Shown in pieces: positions 15,662 to 29,893 of a stretch of 64,000 nucleotides of DNA. The position numbers and the translations under genes are program-made. Numbering within the stretch: position 1 is the stretch's first letter; the number at the start of each line of letters is the position of its first letter. Source of the DNA: Eledone cirrhosa (taxonomy: Eukaryota); assembly GCA_964016885.1 (NCBI GenBank), contig OZ024747.1, positions 17,794,001-17,858,000 of the forward strand, read 5' to 3'. The notes below the pieces were generated by a model that was given only the letters and a program-made list of their open reading frames with translations, was not told the DNA's origin and searched no databases.

Positions 15662-16013
15662 AGAGAGAGAGATGGAGAGGGGGAGAGAGAGAGGAGAAAG
15701 TGTGTGTGAGAGAGAGAGAACGAGAAAGAAAATGATAAAATATGATGGATAGATATGAATATTTATATATACAGTATGTATTTACATTTGTGCGTGTTCT
15801 TTCTATATATACACACACATACACGCATTTATACATATATACATATAACACATTCAAGAAACGAAACTTCAATATTGATTTTAAATGAATATATTTATCG
15901 TCTCTATCAGATAAATTTTTCTTTGGCTACGAGGCAAAATTACATTCGAGTTAAATATTTTAATTACATAATGTCAATAGTTATCTATGTTTTTATAAAT
16001 TTATATTGATTGC

Positions 16014-16056
<43 letters not shown>

Positions 16057-16304
16057 TTTTCTTTATTAACCACAAGGGTTTACATAAAGTAGACATTAAG
16101 GACAATACAGGACAATACAGGGCGGTACAAATGGGCATTTCTGCGTGTTTAAAAAAGAAACAGAGGATGTAATAATAGAACAATGAAAGAATTCCCCAAT
16201 AGGGGGGAGACTTCCGAGGGACATTGGTAGAGAAAGCCCATTAAAAAGCCACAGTGACCCTGACCACCAGGGCAAGTGCCCTCTCCCAGTTTTCCACCTT
16301 TAAT

Positions 16305-19300
16305 TTACAGACACATACTCAGAGTAGGCCCATTCACTCGGGCCATTCTTGCCTCTCTCACCCATCTTTCAACAAAATGCTGGGAAGAGAGCACTTCCCT
16401 TTCTACCCTGATTTTCATTTTTAAATGAAATTTGAAAAAGTTAATCAGGGCATCACCGAAGAGGTAAGTGCTCGTCTTCAGCCCTTTCAAACGTGTCCAC
16501 CATACTATCTCTTTCGCCATGGCCACCAGACAGATAAAAACTGCCTGCCCTTCCCGGCCAAAGGAAGAAGGCGGGGCAATCCTCACGATGGACTCAGCTG
16601 ATAGCTGGATCCGTCCTACACGCGACAGCAGGTGTTCGACATAAACCCACAAGTCAGCAATGCTCGGACACTGGACGAGTGCGTGCAGAACGGTTTCGTC
16701 GCCCTGCGCGCATCTCGGACATACCCGGCTGACGGCACCTCCATGCCTGTAGAGTTTAAGCCGAACTGGCAAAACTCCTCGGTAGCACTGCCAGGCCAGA
16801 GATTTCTGGAAGTTGTCCATAGGACCCGGCCCGAAAGTTCTTCCGAAGAGATTGGCTACTTGATTTTCGTCGACGCCTAGAGTTTCCCCAAGTACGTCGT
16901 CGCTCTTCCCCTCCACTAATCCTCTATAGAACGCAAAGGTGGAGTTTCCACCGATCACATTGCCCGATTGGTCGAGGGCTGTGAGCGCCTGAAGACATTC
17001 CAGTCTCCAAGCGCTCCCTCTCGGTCTTCACTTGACACAGGACTGCAGCTCCGTCAAGGAGACGAGCCGAGGAAAGACGCGTCTAGCAAACGGCGACCAC
17101 ACCTGCTCACCGTCGAGGAAGATGTGGAGATGTCGTAGCCTGAGCGCGTGTCTGCGCATCATCAGCCACGGCATTCCCAGCCCTCCACGTAGCGGTAGTT
17201 GACAGCAGATGGACCGCCTGACCATCGGAGCGCGACCCTTCCACAAAAAGCGAAAGAGCAAACGCTCCAGCGCAGTCAGGCGGGGATTAGGACAAGGTAC
17301 GACGGTCAGCTGGTAGTAGATGACGGACGCGATATACGCGTTAGCCACCTCCGCTCGACCTTTCAGGGATAGCTTCCTCTCGGCCCATTTCTGGGTGAGA
17401 GAAGCCACCCTGCTCGTCACCTCATCCCAGGTTTTGTCCGTCTGGAGATCCGGACCGAACCAGACCCCGAGCAATTTAACCGGTCCATCCGTCCAGCGCC
17501 CGACGACGCTGTTGGACGGCATGGACCTGCCTCTCCAGGTGCCGAGCTGCAGGCCCACTGACTTTTCCTGGTTGATCATTGCTCCTGTCACCGCTTCGTA
17601 TTCTCTTAGTGTAGTGCCGATCGCCTCGATGTGTTTGGCGTTCGACACCACTACGGTGACATCGTTCGCATATTCTGACACGGATCTTCCGCATCCTAGT
17701 TCGCGCGGGACCCCCCTCAACGTCTCCAGTTTGTGCAGTAACGGCTCGAGAGTCAATACGTACAAGAGGGACGAGAGGGGACATCCTTGGCGGACCGAGC
17801 GCATGATGTTGAACGGTTCCGAAAGGTGACCGTTCACTTTCACCACAGAGCAGATGTCGCAGTGCATGGCAGCGATCCAGCCTCTGAAGACGGGCCCAAA
17901 GCCAGCCGCCCTCAGTTCTGCCGCTAGGTAACGATGGTCGACCTTATCGAAAGCTTTCGACTGATCTAAATTGATCAAGGACACACCCGTGCCAGGTTCC
18001 CTAGCTACCCTCTCTACGATGTATCGCATGAGGTGGAGGTTGTCGTGGATGGATCTGTCGGGAATGGCGCATGCCTGCGACTCTCCCACCAGACCACCAA
18101 CGACAAGCGCCAACCTCTTTGCTAGCAGCTTGGCCAAAATCTTGAACTCTGTGTTTAGCAGAGTTATGGGCCTGAAATTATCTATGTTATCCCCCTTGTT
18201 CGGATCCTTTCTCAGCAGCACCACCGCTCCTCGGCTCACAGAGCTGGGAATTCACCCGTTCTGTTGCCAGTTGCAGTAGACGTCCGCCAAGAGGCCTCCG
18301 AACAAGTCTGGCATTTGCACGTAAAGTTCATAGGGCAGACCATCCAAACCAGGCGATTTACCCCTTATGCAGCTAGTCATTGCCTCCCGTACTTCAGCGG
18401 TTGTTATCGGCTTTTCGAAACACTCCGCCTCAGTGGCAGAGAGCCGCGGCAGTCCGTCGAGGTAGACACTAAAGTCCATCCCTCGATCTGGCTCGCCGCT
18501 GCCCCCGAACAACTGAGCGAAGTGTCGCTGAAAAGCTTCACACATTTGCCCGGGATCGAGTAGCATGCGCCCGTCGTGGTCCACCAAAGACCGGATCGTG
18601 GCTTTGTTGCCACGACGCGCCTCCGCCACTCGGGCCCATTGAACGGCTTTCGTCCCCTCGTGTCTGAGAGCACGGACCCTAGCTCTGACAATGCAGCCTT
18701 CGTGCTTTGCATTGAAGAATTGGTCAAGGGCCAATTTCGCCGCAAGTACGTCGGTCGCGATGCCTTTGCTAAGCGCCTCTTCTAATTTTCTAACTAATTC
18801 TCCCTCTGCTCTATTTTTCTCTATTGCTAAAGCCTTACTAAACCTAATGGACTCTATTCTAATTGCTCTTTTCAGAGCAAACCACCACTTGTTGTTGACG
18901 ATGGCCCCCGTCAACGCCCGCTTAACTAGTTCGCTAATCCTGTCTCTGTAGGCCTTGCCCGCTGGTAAGGACGCGCTTAGCTTCCAGTAGCCGGGTCCTC
19001 GTCTATGAAGCCTATCTAAGTCAAGCACACAGATCACGAATTTGTGGTCCGTGTAGCTGACTATCTTGAATTGTGGACAGCCTATGCTAGACCTATCTAT
19101 TTCTCTACAAAATACTCTATCTAGATATGATCTGGATGACCCTATGCGATTTGTCCAAGTCCACATTGGCACATTCGGGAAATCCAATCGGTACCTGTCA
19201 GACAGTTCAAAACGCCTGAGCAGGTTGGTGAGGCTCTTGCACCCTCCTCCCCTATCCGCTAATCCCACACAGTCCCAGCGTGCATCTAAGATCCCGTTCC

Positions 19301-19724
19301 AGTCGCCCACTAACAATAAAAAGCGGGACGTTCCAAGAAAGGTCTCCAGACGCCGGAAGAAATCAGGCCGCCCTGCTCCTGTCGGGGCATAGACGGCCAC
19401 TAGCCTGAAAGCTTGCCCGTCTCCGCTGGTCACGTCTAGCACCACCAACTTACCTTCTGGGTCCAGGAAGATGGCCCGTATGGCGAGATCCAAACCTCTC
19501 CGAAAAAGCACAGCAACTCCTCCCCCCGATCCCGGACGGCTGGGAGATGCGTACACATCGTAGCCGCCGAAGATCGGTGCGAAGGCCCGTGCTTCGGAGA
19601 TTCTGGTCTCGCTGATGGCCACTACATCTATGTTTAGTGACCTGAGGTCGTTGAGCAGGTGGCCCTGCTTCCATGACGACCCCAAGCTACGCGCATTTAT
19701 GCTGCCTATTCTGAGTGAGGTCAT
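16305..19724 (-). pseudogene. LINE ORF2 (APE endonuclease, reverse transcriptase, C-terminal zinc finger), 1140 codons with two in-frame TGA
   Basis: Motifs SINARSL, VAISET, GDWN, SYLDR, YTDH, KSPGLDGLP, NFRPITLLN, DQSKAFD, VRQGCPLS, YAND (for YADD), CPRC..ETVLHALVQC. The three ORF-track segments are in one frame, separated by TGA at 18252-18254 and 17028-17030. Confidence 0.92.
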
Positions 19725-19759
19725 GTTGAAAAGGAGTGGAAAAGATGGCAAAGACCACT

Positions 19760-21679
19760 TACCTTACTTCTCGTAGAGGAAGGATGGTTTGTCCATCCTT
19801 TTCACTGCTTGTGGCCTCCTCCGGAAGGATATCCTTATAAATCCTCCTGGAGAGTGTTTGCCGGAAGTCTCCGATGTCTTTGGGGAATTTTTGTTTTAGT
19901 GACGTACGTTTTCTGTGTGATGCGAGTGATTTGTATGTGTGGAGGTGGTGTGAACTTTTGGGTTGTTGTGTAGTCTTTTTCTGTGATGCTGGTGTTGTGT
20001 TGCATGTAGTGTAATAATTGGTTGTTGTTCAAATTTAATGCTGTGTAGTGTGTATCGTTTTGGTTGTTTTGTTTTGTTTGCGTTTGTTGTGGGTTTGTTT
20101 CTGTTACGCTTTTTGGTGACTTTTGTGGTGTTGGTGATGGTGGTGTTGGGGTTAATGATGGTGATGGTGTTGGTGTTTGTGGTGATGGGTTGGTGATGCT
20201 GGTGTGGATGGTGGCATATCTGTCCTAACTTTTTTGTTTGTTAATTTATTTGTTTCCCTCTGTATTTTGTTTTTGGAGGGGGAAGGAAGAGAATTTTTTT
20301 CTTTTTTGGTTTCTTTTTTCTTTTCTCCTGATACCGTTTCCCACTCCTCGTCGTCACAATCTGTCTCCAGTTGCAATAAGCCGGGGAGTGGAAAATCCTC
20401 CACAGGCGTTGGTTTTGGTTGTGGCGTGGTGGATGGTGTAGGCGCTGGTGCTAGTTCTGGCGCGTTGGGTGGTGGTGGTGTTGGTTTTGCTACTGTTGCT
20501 GGGGTTGTTGCTGTTACAGTTGCTTCTGTTGTTGCTGCTACAGTTGTTGCTGCCATTTCTGCTGCTAGTGGTGTTGATGGTTGAGTCACTGGGGTGGGTA
20601 AGAGAGGTGGCCTCAACCTTTTAGCCTGAGGGAAGAAATCCCTTAGGTGGGTTCCTTCACCACAAACGACACACCTAGGCCTTCTGCTCTCGACGATTAC
20701 GGTGAGGTGGCTGCCGTCGGTGAGGTCTATTACCTCTGGGATCTCCTCAATGCTTTTATGGTCCGGTTGGATCAGGAGCTCCATCCCAGATCCGGACCAG
20801 GTCTCCTGCTTTTCTTTCGCTATTTCAATTATCTTGGTGTTGGCCTCAATGCCGGCGAGGACGGCAGCCATTAGCCAGGGAATTTCGATGGCCGGTGGAA
20901 CGTGGGTCACCCTGATCTTCACAAGTCTCTGGCCACAATAGCTTGGGACGAGTGTGAAGTCGTCACTTCTTAATGGGGCCATAGAGTGTTCTCTGGCCTC
21001 CTGTGGTGTTTCAAAGAACACGTCCACGGTTCCATATTTCTGTCCACGTCTGATGTGGGGGTTTTTTGCCCACACATGTCCCAAAGCTTTTTTGATTTGG
21101 GACTCGGATGCCCGTTCCACTCGGCGCGATTTTATGTTAATTGTCCGATAAGACACGGTGCATAGGCGACGATGCTCCATTTTATTAGGTGGGGGGTGAG
21201 GCTGACCCTGTACCCATCTTTCTTTACCATTCCTTTGGCTTCTTCTAATTCCTCCTGACTTACCTGGATCGCTTCGCACGTTTTTGCTACTCTGGCAAAA
21301 CTCAGGGTAGTTTTCTTAATTTCATTGTTGCTGTTGTTGTTATCGTTATTTTTGTTATTGTTAATTTTAGTTTCAGTTGTGGTGGTGGTGGCCTCAGTGG
21401 TGTTCGGTGTGGAAGAGTTCATTTTGGTTGAATTCATTTCGATATCACGAGTTAATTTATTTTTTCTTTTGTTTCTGTTGTCGCTGTGGTGGTGGTGGGG
21501 GTGGCGGCTTTAACACCTGCAGTCATTGGTAATGGCGGGAAATGAACGTCTGCCTGAGACAAATTTAAAATATTGCTACTGCTTACATTTCCAGTGTTGG
21601 CAAACGTAGCAATATTTACAATGGTGGTGTCGGTGTGAGGTGTTAGTTTGTGAGGAAGGAGTGACACTGAGTCATCCAT
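19760..21679 (-). pseudogene. LINE ORF1 (gag-like, degenerate CX2CX4HX4C knuckle, Pro/Thr-rich), frameshifted
   Basis: ATG at 21679. Segments are linked by apparent 1-nt frameshifts near 21460, 21190 and 20187. RPRCVVCGEGTHLRDFFP is a knuckle with the last C changed to F. The exact 3' end is uncertain. Confidence 0.75.
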
Positions 21680-21894
21680 GATTTTTCAAAGAAAAATTTT
21701 TGTTTGATAATTATAAAAAGTTTAAATTTTGGGCTCAAGGTCCCAATATTTTTTAGTGTCCTTTTCAGAAATCAATGTATGTGCACTTATATACAGTTAA
21801 CAATAAAAAATTTCCATAAATGGCAATTTTAAACAACTGAAAATAACAAACCTTTGCGGAGCTCACGATGATACGATTTATTACGTAGGTCGCC

Positions 21895-21925
<31 letters not shown>

Positions 21926-22264
21926 TTTTCTTTATTAACCACAAGGGTTTACATAAAGTAGACATTAAGGACAGTACAGGACAATACAGGACGGTACAAA
22001 TGGGCATTTCTGCGTGTAAAAAAACAGAGGATGTAATAAAATAACAAAGAAAAATTCCCCAATAGGGGGGAGACTTCCGAGGGACATTTGTGGAGAAAAC
22101 CCATTAAAAGACCACAGTGACCCTGACCACCAGGGCAAGTGCCCTCTCCCAGTTTTCCACCTTTAATTTACAGACACATACTCAGAGTACTTGCTTCTCT
22201 CACCCATCTTTCAACAAAATGCTGGGAAGAGAGCACTTACCTCTCTATCCTGATTTTCCTTTTC

Positions 22265-22266
<2 letters not shown>
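21895..22266 (-). mobile_element. 5'-truncated copy of the same LINE (ORF2 end, 3' UTR, (ATT)n tail)
   Basis: 21925-22266 aligns with 16056-16424 with substitutions and a ~21-bp deletion. Followed on the plus strand by (CAA)n to ~22338. Confidence 0.92.
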
Positions 22267-22338
<72 letters not shown>

Positions 22339-22364
22339 TATTGATAAGAAAAAATAGTAACAAT

Positions 22365-23036
22365 ATTTTCTACTTTAAGCAGAAGTACAGTAATTTGTGA
22401 GGAGAGGAAGTCACTTAAATCAACCCTACTATTTAACTGGTTATTTATTTTATCGACCATAGAGGTATAAAGACAAAGCTGGCCTCGGTGGGAATTGAAC
22501 TCAGAACGTAGGAAACTATAACTAAATGTTTCAAAGCATTTTGTCTAATGATTCTTCCAATCCACTGCCTTCAATAATAGTGTCTCTACTTTTAGCACAA
22601 GGCCAAGAATTTTGGGGGGAAAGGAAAATCGATTAAATCAACCCCAATGCATTACTGGTACTTTATTTTATCTGCCCCGTAAGGATGAAAGGCAAAGCTA
22701 ACCCCAGCAGGATTTTAACTCAGGGCGTAAATGGCCGTAACTCTATGCTTCAAAGCATATTGTTCAACGCTCTACCGATACTGCCACCCCACCACTCTGG
22801 GGAGAATCATAATAATAATGATTTCTTATATAGGCACAAGGCCAGCAATTTTGGGGGGAGGGGAAAGTCGATTAAATCGACCCCAGTGCGTGACTGGTAC
22901 TTTATTTTATCGACCCCGTAAGGATGAAAAGCAAAGTTAATCTCGGCGGGATTTGAACTCAGATCATAAAGGGACGTTGTTCTATGCTGCAAAGCATGGC
23001 GTCCGACCCTCTACCGATACTGCCAATCCACCACCC
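22365..23036 (-). mobile_element. three tandem SINE copies
   Basis: Consensus matches at ~22365-22570, 22580-22795 and 22820-23036. The last is flanked by the duplication TCTGGGG(A/T)GAATCATAATAATAAT. Confidence 0.8.
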
Positions 23037-24361
23037 TTCTGGGGTGAATCATAATAATAATAATAATGGTTCAGGGAAAATCACATATTTTGGAGGTGCA
23101 AGGATCCTAAGAAAGGTGTTTGAAAATTGAGATGAAAGAACCCCAAAGGATCCCAGAATAATAGTTATCATTCATTCTTAATATTGTAAAAACGACACGT
23201 GATTTCCCTGTGATATGGAAAATAGCAATTTTATATTTTATTTGGCCGCCAGGGCTCGTTGATACATACAACTAACATAATTTAAAACTTGTACGAGTAT
23301 ACAATTAATTTATGGAACATAAACATATCAAATCGTGTTGAATTATTTTTATTAATTGCACAAAATAATTACACTGAATAATTAGATGATTATATAAAAC
23401 AGAGATGTAATTAAAAAGACATAATTTAAAGAAACAACTAAAACAAATTTATTTATTTTATTTATCTATTTTTGATTGGACTGTACAAAAAAGCACTCAA
23501 CGTCTCTGTGAATGTTTGATTTATGGTGTGATAGACATTTGATGAGATCCTATACATTGCCTTATCGTTTCAACAAATGTTTCTTAAAATATCCTAGATA
23601 TATTTAAGTTGCTGCCATCATTTCAGTTAGCATTTCTTCCCGCTACACTGGAGACTGAAACCATACTGTTATAGAAGTAAGCGAAAGTTTAATGTATAAC
23701 AATATTAGGAATGTTCAATAAACCAGGGAACATGCTATGAATGATCAATATTATTTATAGATTTCGTTATAAAATTGAAAGTTGTAAATTGAAAGTTGTA
23801 AATTTCAATTTTACTCTAACGTTGGATATACACAAGCTAGAAAGAATATTAGTCGACAATTCATCTATACTATATAGAATATCCCTGAAGGTAGATTATT
23901 AATTATGGAAACATTACTCATAACATAACACAGTGCTAAAATAAACACAGACAACATACGTTGCCTAAGTCTGTTCAACAATGATGGAACAGTTAATATT
24001 AATTTGTAAAGTTAACTGTCTCTAATACGTAGACATCTCAATGAATGGATAAGATATATTAATAAATTATCTACTTAAAGAAATAATAAAATATACTAAA
24101 CTCAAGCCAAAATCTCAATTTGGAGGGATATAAGCTAGACTGGCTGAAATAAGTCGGTTTTACTTATACAGTGCCCCGACCATGGTTTCTGGAACTCAAA
24201 AAACAACACTAATCATTCCAAGTCATTGGAATAACTAATATTGGAAGAATTACAGTGTCTTCATGGGGCGAAGATTTCTGATCAGGGAACTGTATAAGTA
24301 AAACCGACTTATTTTAGCCGGTCTTGCTTATATCCCACCAAATTGAATTTTGGCTTAAGTT

Positions 24362-26075
<1,714 letters not shown>

Positions 26076-26274
26076 TAAAATAACAGATTAAAGTTTAAGC
26101 AAAGAATCGCTGCTTTCACCCTTAACGGGATCTTCTGAAACTAACAAAGTCAATCTGTAAACGCAGAACTGGATATTTCAAAAAACGTTGCAACCGGAGG
26201 AAGACAGGAAGACGATACTTTGGTTCGTGGAAACGTTCGCTGGTAAAGAACGGGAAAAAACGAATAATACGTCA

Positions 26275-26306
<32 letters not shown>

Positions 26307-26308
<2 letters not shown>

Positions 26309-26420
26309 AAATTAAATTATGGGTGTCATGACAGAGGGACATGCGCCATATCCACTGTAGAATATGCTCCAAGATTCCAATGAATAGATCCGAGCATTTT
26401 ATATCAACTAGAAATTGATT

Positions 26421-26487
<67 letters not shown>

Positions 26488-27246
26488 AACATATGAAACA
26501 ATTACAGGGAATAATTTGTAAAAGTGTGTAAGCACACCTAGCCAGGTAGGTAACTAATTAAAGTTTAACTAGAACTTTAAAAATAGATACCTTGTGAATT
26601 TATTAATCTTCCTTGTATATATTTCATTAAAGAAATCTATTTCGCCATTAATCGATCGGTAAACCACAGTAGCCAAACCGGATTTTCAACAAGGGAGAAG
26701 ATCTAACTATCTGTGTTTACACAGTAAATTCAAATCTGCGAATGACTAGCAGCATGTGTTGCATTATTCAAAGATACACACATCGTACCAGCTTCATCCC
26801 AGTGGCGTGAATATTGTTATCGACAACTAGAAATAGCAGCCGGGTCCTTTCAACTGAGTTAGCTCTACAATTAAGGGGCCGTGTATATATCCAAAATTAA
26901 ATTAAGGGTGTCATGTCAGAGAGATATGCGCCATATCCACTGTAGAATATGGTCCAAGATTACAATGAATAGATCCGAGCAGTTTATATCAACAAGAAAT
27001 TGATTGACATATATATATATCTAAAATAAACATATGAAACAATCACAGGGAATAATTTGTAAAAGTGTGTAAGCATAGCCAGGTATGTAGGTAACTAATT
27101 AAAGTTTAACTAGAACTTTAAAAATAGATACCTTATAAATTGATTAATATTACTTGTATATATTTCATTAAAGAAATATATTTCACCATTAATCGATCGG
27201 TAAACCACAGTAGCCAAATTTGCTGTGTAAACACAGATAGTTATAT
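26307..27246. repeat. partial tandem repeat (~585-bp period) with terminal inverted fragment, in (TA)n
   Basis: 26307-26677 is repeated at 26892-27218; 27219-27243 is the reverse complement of ~26705-26729. A third copy lies at ~59327-59660. Confidence 0.8.
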
Positions 27247-27254
27247 ATAGATTA

Positions 27255-27314
<60 letters not shown>

Positions 27315-27783
27315 TTCTTGTCGAAACTTGGCGGATACAAGTCTGCTACAAACTGTTTGTGTGTTGGTATATATAAGCAGACAACAGGAAATGAAAATAA
27401 GATTATATTATCACCAATATCAAAATCGTCAACGTCGACAGTATAATCATGTATTGAATAAAGAGCAGTAGAAATGCATAAACAATTTTGATCGATTTCC
27501 AAATTCAATAATAGTATTTCCATTTTTATATTAACATAGCATCTCAGCCAAAGGCGACAATTAAGAGATAGACGATTGTTAAAAGATAAGTTATTTAACT
27601 GCAGTGTGCTAAGATAGACGGTATTCTATCCTCTGCGATTCCTAGATTAAACTTTTTAGACCTTCTCCTAAAGCATCTGACATCTATTTAAAAGAAAATG
27701 ATCAACAGAAATGATTAAAAGTAACCTTCACACAAAAGTAACCTTCACACCTTCTGTGTGAATACAACTACATGAATACACTA

Positions 27784-27978
27784 CAGACCTGTCAACTCAC
27801 CCCGTCCGACGGGGAGATTTCCCACTCACTTTGGGGTGGATGAGAGATGTCTGCTCTTGCGAAAATGGGTATAGCTTTCATTATGTAAAATCTCCCCATT
27901 TTGCCTCATTTCTCCCCATTTTACGACACTTGTTTTCATGGTACTCTCCGTTTGGTATTTTAGAGGTTGGCAGGTCTG
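27784..27978. mobile_element. ~195-bp MITE with CAGACCTG(T/C)CAAC TIRs (hAT-like)
   Basis: Termini CAGACCTGTCAAC and GTTGGCAGGTCTG. Further copies at 42866-43060 and 48554-48753. Confidence 0.8.
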
Positions 27979-28404
27979 CATATATGGTGTTGACCAGCCC
28001 CATGATGCAGTGACCTATACTTGCACCACGTCTATCATATTACCGTCGGAATTCCGTTGCTATGGTGTACTTTCTTTTGTGCCAGCCATACTCAACAGAC
28101 CAATCCTACCCCCACCCACCCCGCCGCCAAACTAACAGGAGAGCTTGTTGACGAAACTTCCTACTAGAATAGTAAAAAGTTCTTATTCAGAAATAGAGTT
28201 GGCTAGATAAATGCTCGTTGTTGGAGACATGAAACGAACTGCCAGAAACCCTTTAGCGTAAAAATTAACACATACAAAGGATTCCGAGAGATACAGGGTT
28301 CGCTTCCTTGCAGATGCCTTGTTTCCGTCACCAAGGGTACTTTACCCAATTTTCTTAATTATTATTTATATTGATCAATTATTATTATGTTACAGCCCTT
28401 TATT

Positions 28405-28928
28405 ATCTGAGTTCCCATCCCGCCGAGGTTAACTTTGCCTTTCATCCTTACGGGGTCGATAAAATAAAGTACCAGTCACGCACAGGGGTCGATTTAATCG
28501 ACTTTGCCCTCCCTCCAAATTACTGGCCTTGTGCCTATATAAGAAACCATTATTATTATTATTATTATAGACATTTACGGTGAATTAGCAGTATCGGTAG
28601 AGGGTCGGACGCCATGCTTTCCAGCGTAGTTACGACCCTTTACGATCTGAGTTCAAATCCCGCCGAGGTTTACTTAAAGGGACGTAACTATGCTGGAAAG
28701 CATGGCGTCCGACCCTCTACCGATACTGCCAGCGGGTGGATTGGCAGTATCGGTAGAGGGTCGGACGCCATGCTTTGACGCATAGAGTTACGGCCCTTGC
28801 CATTCTGAGTTCAAATCCCGCCAAGGTTAACTCTGCCTTTCATCCTTACGGGGTCGATAAAATAAAGTACCAGTAATGTACTGGATAATTGCTGGCCTTG
28901 TGCCAAAAGTAGAAACAATTATTATTAT
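28405..28928. mobile_element. SINE cluster with inverted (head-to-head) copies
   Basis: Plus-strand copies at 28405-28565, 28578-28672 and 28733-28928; minus-strand head at 28675-28732. Confidence 0.8.
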
Positions 28929-29344
28929 AGTCATTTACGTTGAGATGCATACAATGCTAAATTTCCCAATGTTTCTTTGGTAAACTATATATATTTGTGT
29001 GTGCGTGTTTTGTATATCTAATGATATACGATATGTTTACGAATAAACATTTGAAAGCTTTTAGCTATGAATTTTGGAAGTTGATGGCGGGGCACGATCT
29101 AGCGAGTTCCAGCAGAGGAAAGAGGAAATTACCGACGGCTGTTTCTAACTAATGGTCGTTATCAAGGTAATGGCTCCCTTTTCTCTCGCCTTCTGCTGGA
29201 AACTATATGTTTTCGCCTCCATTAAGTTCAAGCAATGCAATGTAAGATGTTACAGCTCTAGCACCATCATTCCTTCATAGTCAGCCTATGAACCTTTCGG
29301 CCCCTTCCCCTCGTATATGTATATTATTTATAGGTAAAGATACT

Positions 29345-29595
29345 CTTCGGTCACGAATGACCATGGGATTTGAATCTGGAAAGTTCCCCTCCGAGACACA
29401 AGTCCGGGCAAGGTTGTTTGAGGAGAACAAGCAGTCGCCCATACATACCAGTCTCCCCTCTCCACGCCACCGATGTTGTCGAAGGGAAGGCAAAAGCTGA
29501 TACAGCTTGGCACCAGTGACGTCACAACACATTTCTACAGCTGAGTGAACTGGAGCAACGTGAAATAAAGTATCTTGCTCAAGAACACAACGCAA
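29345..29595 (-). mobile_element. second SINE family (body/tail), interrupted by a MITE
   Basis: Minus strand GTTGTGTTCTTGAGCAAGATACTTTATTTCACGTTGCTCCAGTTCACTCAGCTG. The same motif recurs at ~40400-40445, ~45050 and ~58660-58800. Confidence 0.55.
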
Positions 29596-29617
29596 AACAC
29601 GATCCGAGGGTTTAGAT

Positions 29618-29893
29618 CAGGCGTGAGCAACCTTTTTCGAGAAGCGGGCCGCATGAGATGTGGCTCATCATCAGGCGAGCCGCAAGCGCTAATTTACATT
29701 CGTGCCCACATTAAAAAAGGGGGCGGTAACTCAGGTTGTTTTGATTTGTTTCTTCAAAATTCGTACACGTTGTTTTGCTCGATCGTAAAAATGATAGAAA
29801 GATAAATTACGACAGAAAAGTTGGTGTAAAAAAATCAGAAAGATTTTACTTAAGTGACTTAGGCGAGCCATTCAGAAAGCTTCGCGGGCCGCA
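29618..29893. mobile_element. hAT (Charlie-like) MITE fragment
   Basis: Left end CAGGCGTGAGCAACCTTTTT..GCGGGCCGCA preceded by GTTTAGAT. Subterminal GCGGGCCGCAG at ~29884; right TIR missing. Confidence 0.55.

Larger units (their letters stand above)
16014..21894 (-). mobile_element. near full-length non-LTR retrotransposon, L1 group (Tx1-like), (ATT)n-tailed
   Basis: 5' UTR from 21894, ORF1, ORF2 (APE-RT-CCHC), then a 3' UTR with AATAAA and an (ATT)14 tail at 16014-16055. An (ATT)10 run is also immediately 5' of the element. Confidence 0.93.

Noticed and set aside
17028-18254. In-frame TGA codons as selenocysteine or programmed read-through
   Set aside because: Positions are not Cys-like, no SECIS was identified, and the RT catalytic motif is mutated; CpG decay is simpler.
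16003-22345. ATATTGAT on both outer flanks of the LINE pair as a TSD
   Set aside because: Only 8 AT-rich bases, and not directly abutting either element end.
29618-29680. Minus-strand CTGATGA...GAAA
   Set aside because: Falls in the hAT MITE terminus and the stems do not form.
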